Source of the DNA: Bdellovibrionales bacterium
GTDB lineage: Bacteria > Bdellovibrionota > Bdellovibrionia > Bdellovibrionales > JAMPXM01
DNA length: 48,855 nt
Assembly (NCBI GenBank): GCA_043784965.1
Contig: JAYVXS010000080.1
Coordinates: forward strand, 1 to 48,855
Direction of reading: 5' to 3'
In this document: one piece after another, positions 47,063 to 48,855 of the stretch
How the letters are laid out: the number at the start of each line of letters is the position of its first letter
How positions within the stretch are numbered: the first letter of the stretch is position 1
The notes under the pieces: model-generated
Told to the model about the DNA's origin: nothing
Database searches by the model: none
What the model saw: the letters and a program-made list of their open reading frames with translations, nothing else
Made by a program: the position numbers and the translations under genes

Positions 47063-47857
47063 ATGAGAATCGCGCCAATAGATATTGCCCATAAGAACTT
47101 TTCGAAAAAATTCATGGGCTTTGATTCCGAAGAGGTGATTGAGTTTTTGCGCGAAATGGCTGACCAGATGGAAGAGCTCATTCGCGAACGCAATTCACTT
47201 AAAGAAACTCTAAGAGAAAAAGAGCTTAATATATTAGAGTATCGTGAGCGCGATGAAACGCTTAAGACGACCATCACAACGGCTACTCGAATGGCCGAAC
47301 AGATTCGCGTTGACGCCGAACGTGAAGCAAAGCTCATTATGCATGATGCAAATCAAAAGGCTGAGATGATCGTGAAAGATGCGCGTGATTCGTTGAAGCG
47401 CATTTACCAAGAAGTTGGTGAAATGAAGAGGGCTCGTATACAATTTGAAGCGAATTTGCGCTCAATTGCACAAGCTCATTTGGCAATGCTCGATCAAAGT
47501 CATCAAATCATGCCAGACTATCAAAATCAAAATATGAATTGGGGCATGTCTCAGCAGATGGCACCGCAACAGCAGCAGATGGCACCGCAACAGTTGTTTC
47601 AATCCCAGCCCAATTACAGTAATCAAGTGCCGACGCAAAATTTGCATGGGCAGCCACCTCAGAAAAGCAATCAAACAGCAAATCACAATTTTGCGGCTCA
47701 AAGTAATTCGCAGACTATAACTGCTGGTTATCCGGTGAGCGCGAATTCAATGGGAGCTCAGAAGGCACAACCCAATGTAGGTGCGGCAAGCATTTCAAGA
47801 AATCCTCCTGAGGTACCAATTAGATCAAGTGCAAATCGATCAGTGACAGGTATTTAG
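47063..47857 (+). CDS. divIVA: DivIVA-domain cell-division/polarity protein with Q/P-rich C-terminal tail
   Basis: The N-terminal lipid-binding domain reads MRIAPIDIAHKNFSKKFMGFDSEEVIEFLREMADQMEEL, followed by a coiled coil and a low-complexity tail (QQMAPQQQQMAPQQ..). AGGAGG lies 4 nt upstream. Confidence 0.85.
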   Translation: MRIAPIDIAHKNFSKKFMGFDSEEVIEFLREMADQMEELIRERNSLKETLREKELNILEYRERDETLKTTITTATRMAEQIRVDAEREAKLIMHDANQKAEMIVKDARDSLKRIYQEVGEMKRARIQFEANLRSIAQAHLAMLDQSHQIMPDYQNQNMNWGMSQQMAPQQQQMAPQQLFQSQPNYSNQVPTQNLHGQPPQKSNQTANHNFAAQSNSQTITAGYPVSANSMGAQKAQPNVGAASISRNPPEVPIRSSANRSVTGI

Positions 47858-47929
47858 AGTCTGGAATTTTTATTTATTTAGTTGGTCAAACCTAGAAAAA
47901 ACTGAGATCGGGGTCAGTGAGACTGGCAA

Positions 47930-48017
47930 ACTGACTCACCCCTAACGGGGACCGAAACTGAAAAACCGAGAGCGGTAGCCGCTGGCTCTAAACTGCTTGT
48001 CTTCAATCCCTAATCTA
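47930..48017 (-). repeat. Right (inverted) copy of the approximately 85-nt divIVA-flanking element
   Basis: This is the reverse-complement partner of 46674-46755. It contains the hairpin cccc-taac-gggg (47939-47950), which corresponds to ccca-gcta-tggg (46735-46746) in the left copy. Confidence 0.65.
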
Positions 48018-48052
48018 GATGGGATTCGACCATTTTACTTCGCCGCTAGTTA

Positions 48053-48209
48053 GGGCTCGCGCAAAAATAATTGTTACAATTTTGCTAGGTCTTTTAAATC
48101 AGCTCTTCGTTGGTCGTCGTCTGGTTAGCGCCTCTGGCTAGCCGTTCCTCCTTGATCTGATTCAAAATCCACTGCGCAAAAGTTGTAATACTTATTTTTG
48201 CGCGGCCCC
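48053..48209. ncRNA. Candidate structured RNA: 157-nt rod-like hairpin with internal loops (6S-RNA-like shape; alternatively a palindromic repeat element)
   Basis: Helix 1 pairs 48053-48083 with 48179-48209 (31 positions, 2 mismatches, 3 G-T). Helix 2 pairs 48097-48105 with 48154-48162 (9 bp, 1 mismatch). The apical helix is ggttagc/gctagcc (48123-48129 with 48137-48143) with a 7-nt loop, and asymmetric internal loops lie between the helices. The strand is undetermined, and no ORF of 60 aa or more lies here. Confidence 0.3.
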
Positions 48210-48225
48210 TTACACAAGAGGTCGA

Positions 48226-48855
48226 TTAAAAAATCTCAGTGAAAAAATCTTTCATATCCCGAATCGAGCGCCGATCGGCGCGCTCATTATATGCCGCACC
48301 TTTTGAATTGTCATTGCCGGCAGCCTTTTCTGTAAAACTATGAACGGCTCCGCCATATTTAATAAGTTGCCAGTCGACATTTGCATTTCGCATTTCATTT
48401 TCAAATGCGATTAGATCTTCGGGCTTTTCAAATGGATCGTCAGCGCCATGAAGCGCAAGTACCCTGGCGGTAATATTCTTTCCATCAACTGGCGTTGGGC
48501 TATCAAGTCCACCATGAAAACTAACGACACCTCTAATTGCAGCGCCTGCTCTAGCCATTTCTAAAACTGAGGTGCCCCCAAAACAATATCCAATAGCAGC
48601 AATTTTATTGAAATTAATCATCTTATTTTCTTTTAAGACCTTCAATCCGGCGGCCATGCGTGCACGAAGAGTTTTGCGATCATCTTTCAAACCACCAGAA
48701 AGCTTGCCTGCTTCAGTCTGGTCTTTTGGGCGCACACTTTTGCCATAGAGATCGGCCGCAAAGGCCACATAACCTAATTCGGCAATCATCTCAGCCTTGC
48801 GCTCGGTCTCTGGCGAAATTCCCATCCAATTATGTGCGATCAAAACGCCGGGTCG
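48226..48855 (-). CDS. Dienelactone hydrolase family protein (5' end beyond window)
   Basis: The frame is open to the window edge (RPGVLIAHNWMGIS...). The nucleophile elbow is IGYCFGG, with HGADDP and ..GAVHSF.. typical of DLH-fold hydrolases. Confidence 0.8.
   Translation of the reverse strand, partial: RPGVLIAHNWMGISPETERKAEMIAELGYVAFAADLYGKSVRPKDQTEAGKLSGGLKDDRKTLRARMAAGLKVLKENKMINFNKIAAIGYCFGGTSVLEMARAGAAIRGVVSFHGGLDSPTPVDGKNITARVLALHGADDPFEKPEDLIAFENEMRNANVDWQLIKYGGAVHSFTEKAAGNDNSKGAAYNERADRRSIRDMKDFFTEIF

Noticed and set aside
48005-48035. tmRNA/tRNA-like motifs (ggattcgac on plus strand; ggtcgaatccc on minus strand)
   Set aside because: No acceptor stem, no proper 5-bp T-arm with a TTCRANN loop, no CCA-proximal pairing and no plausible tag ORF ending in ..LAA. 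The similarity is limited to about 9 nt.

Overview
This 48.9-kb window comes from a moderately AT-rich Gram-negative bacterium, judged from the OM beta-barrels, TonB/ExbBD and lipoprotein signals. The gene content is compatible with a Bdellovibrionota/Oligoflexia-like organism, but I cannot establish that from this sequence alone.

Most of the window is core metabolism:
- an Opp/Dpp-type peptide ABC operon (932-6606, minus strand)
- a cupredoxin-FTR1 iron uptake operon
- an AceE-like E1 gene
- a TonB-like protein, a PP2C phosphatase and an M23 peptidase
- rplM-rpsI-truA
- asd-pssA
- a lipA-E2-E3-lipB cluster
- exbBD
- maf-yggS-proC-divIVA

Accessory or unusual content:
- The left edge carries a truncated ISL3 transposase remnant, an arsR gene and a 194-bp palindromic MITE-like insert.
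- A CFI-box-type surface protein is paired with an OM beta-barrel gene.
- The most system-like locus is a tightly packed minus-strand operon (44482 down to 36846). It starts with a solitary TadC/T2SS-F-like platform protein, followed by DUF192, three membrane proteins carrying four FHA domains, a PP2C-fold protein that has lost all its metal-binding Asp residues, and a small radical SAM enzyme. No Tad ATPase, secretin, pilin or Ser/Thr kinase lies in the window.
- Intergenic DNA is rich in structure: four long rod-like palindromes, an approximately 85-nt inverted repeat pair bracketing divIVA, and several short-period tandem repeat arrays (12, 13, 15 and 16 bp).

I saw no rRNA, tRNA or CRISPR array.
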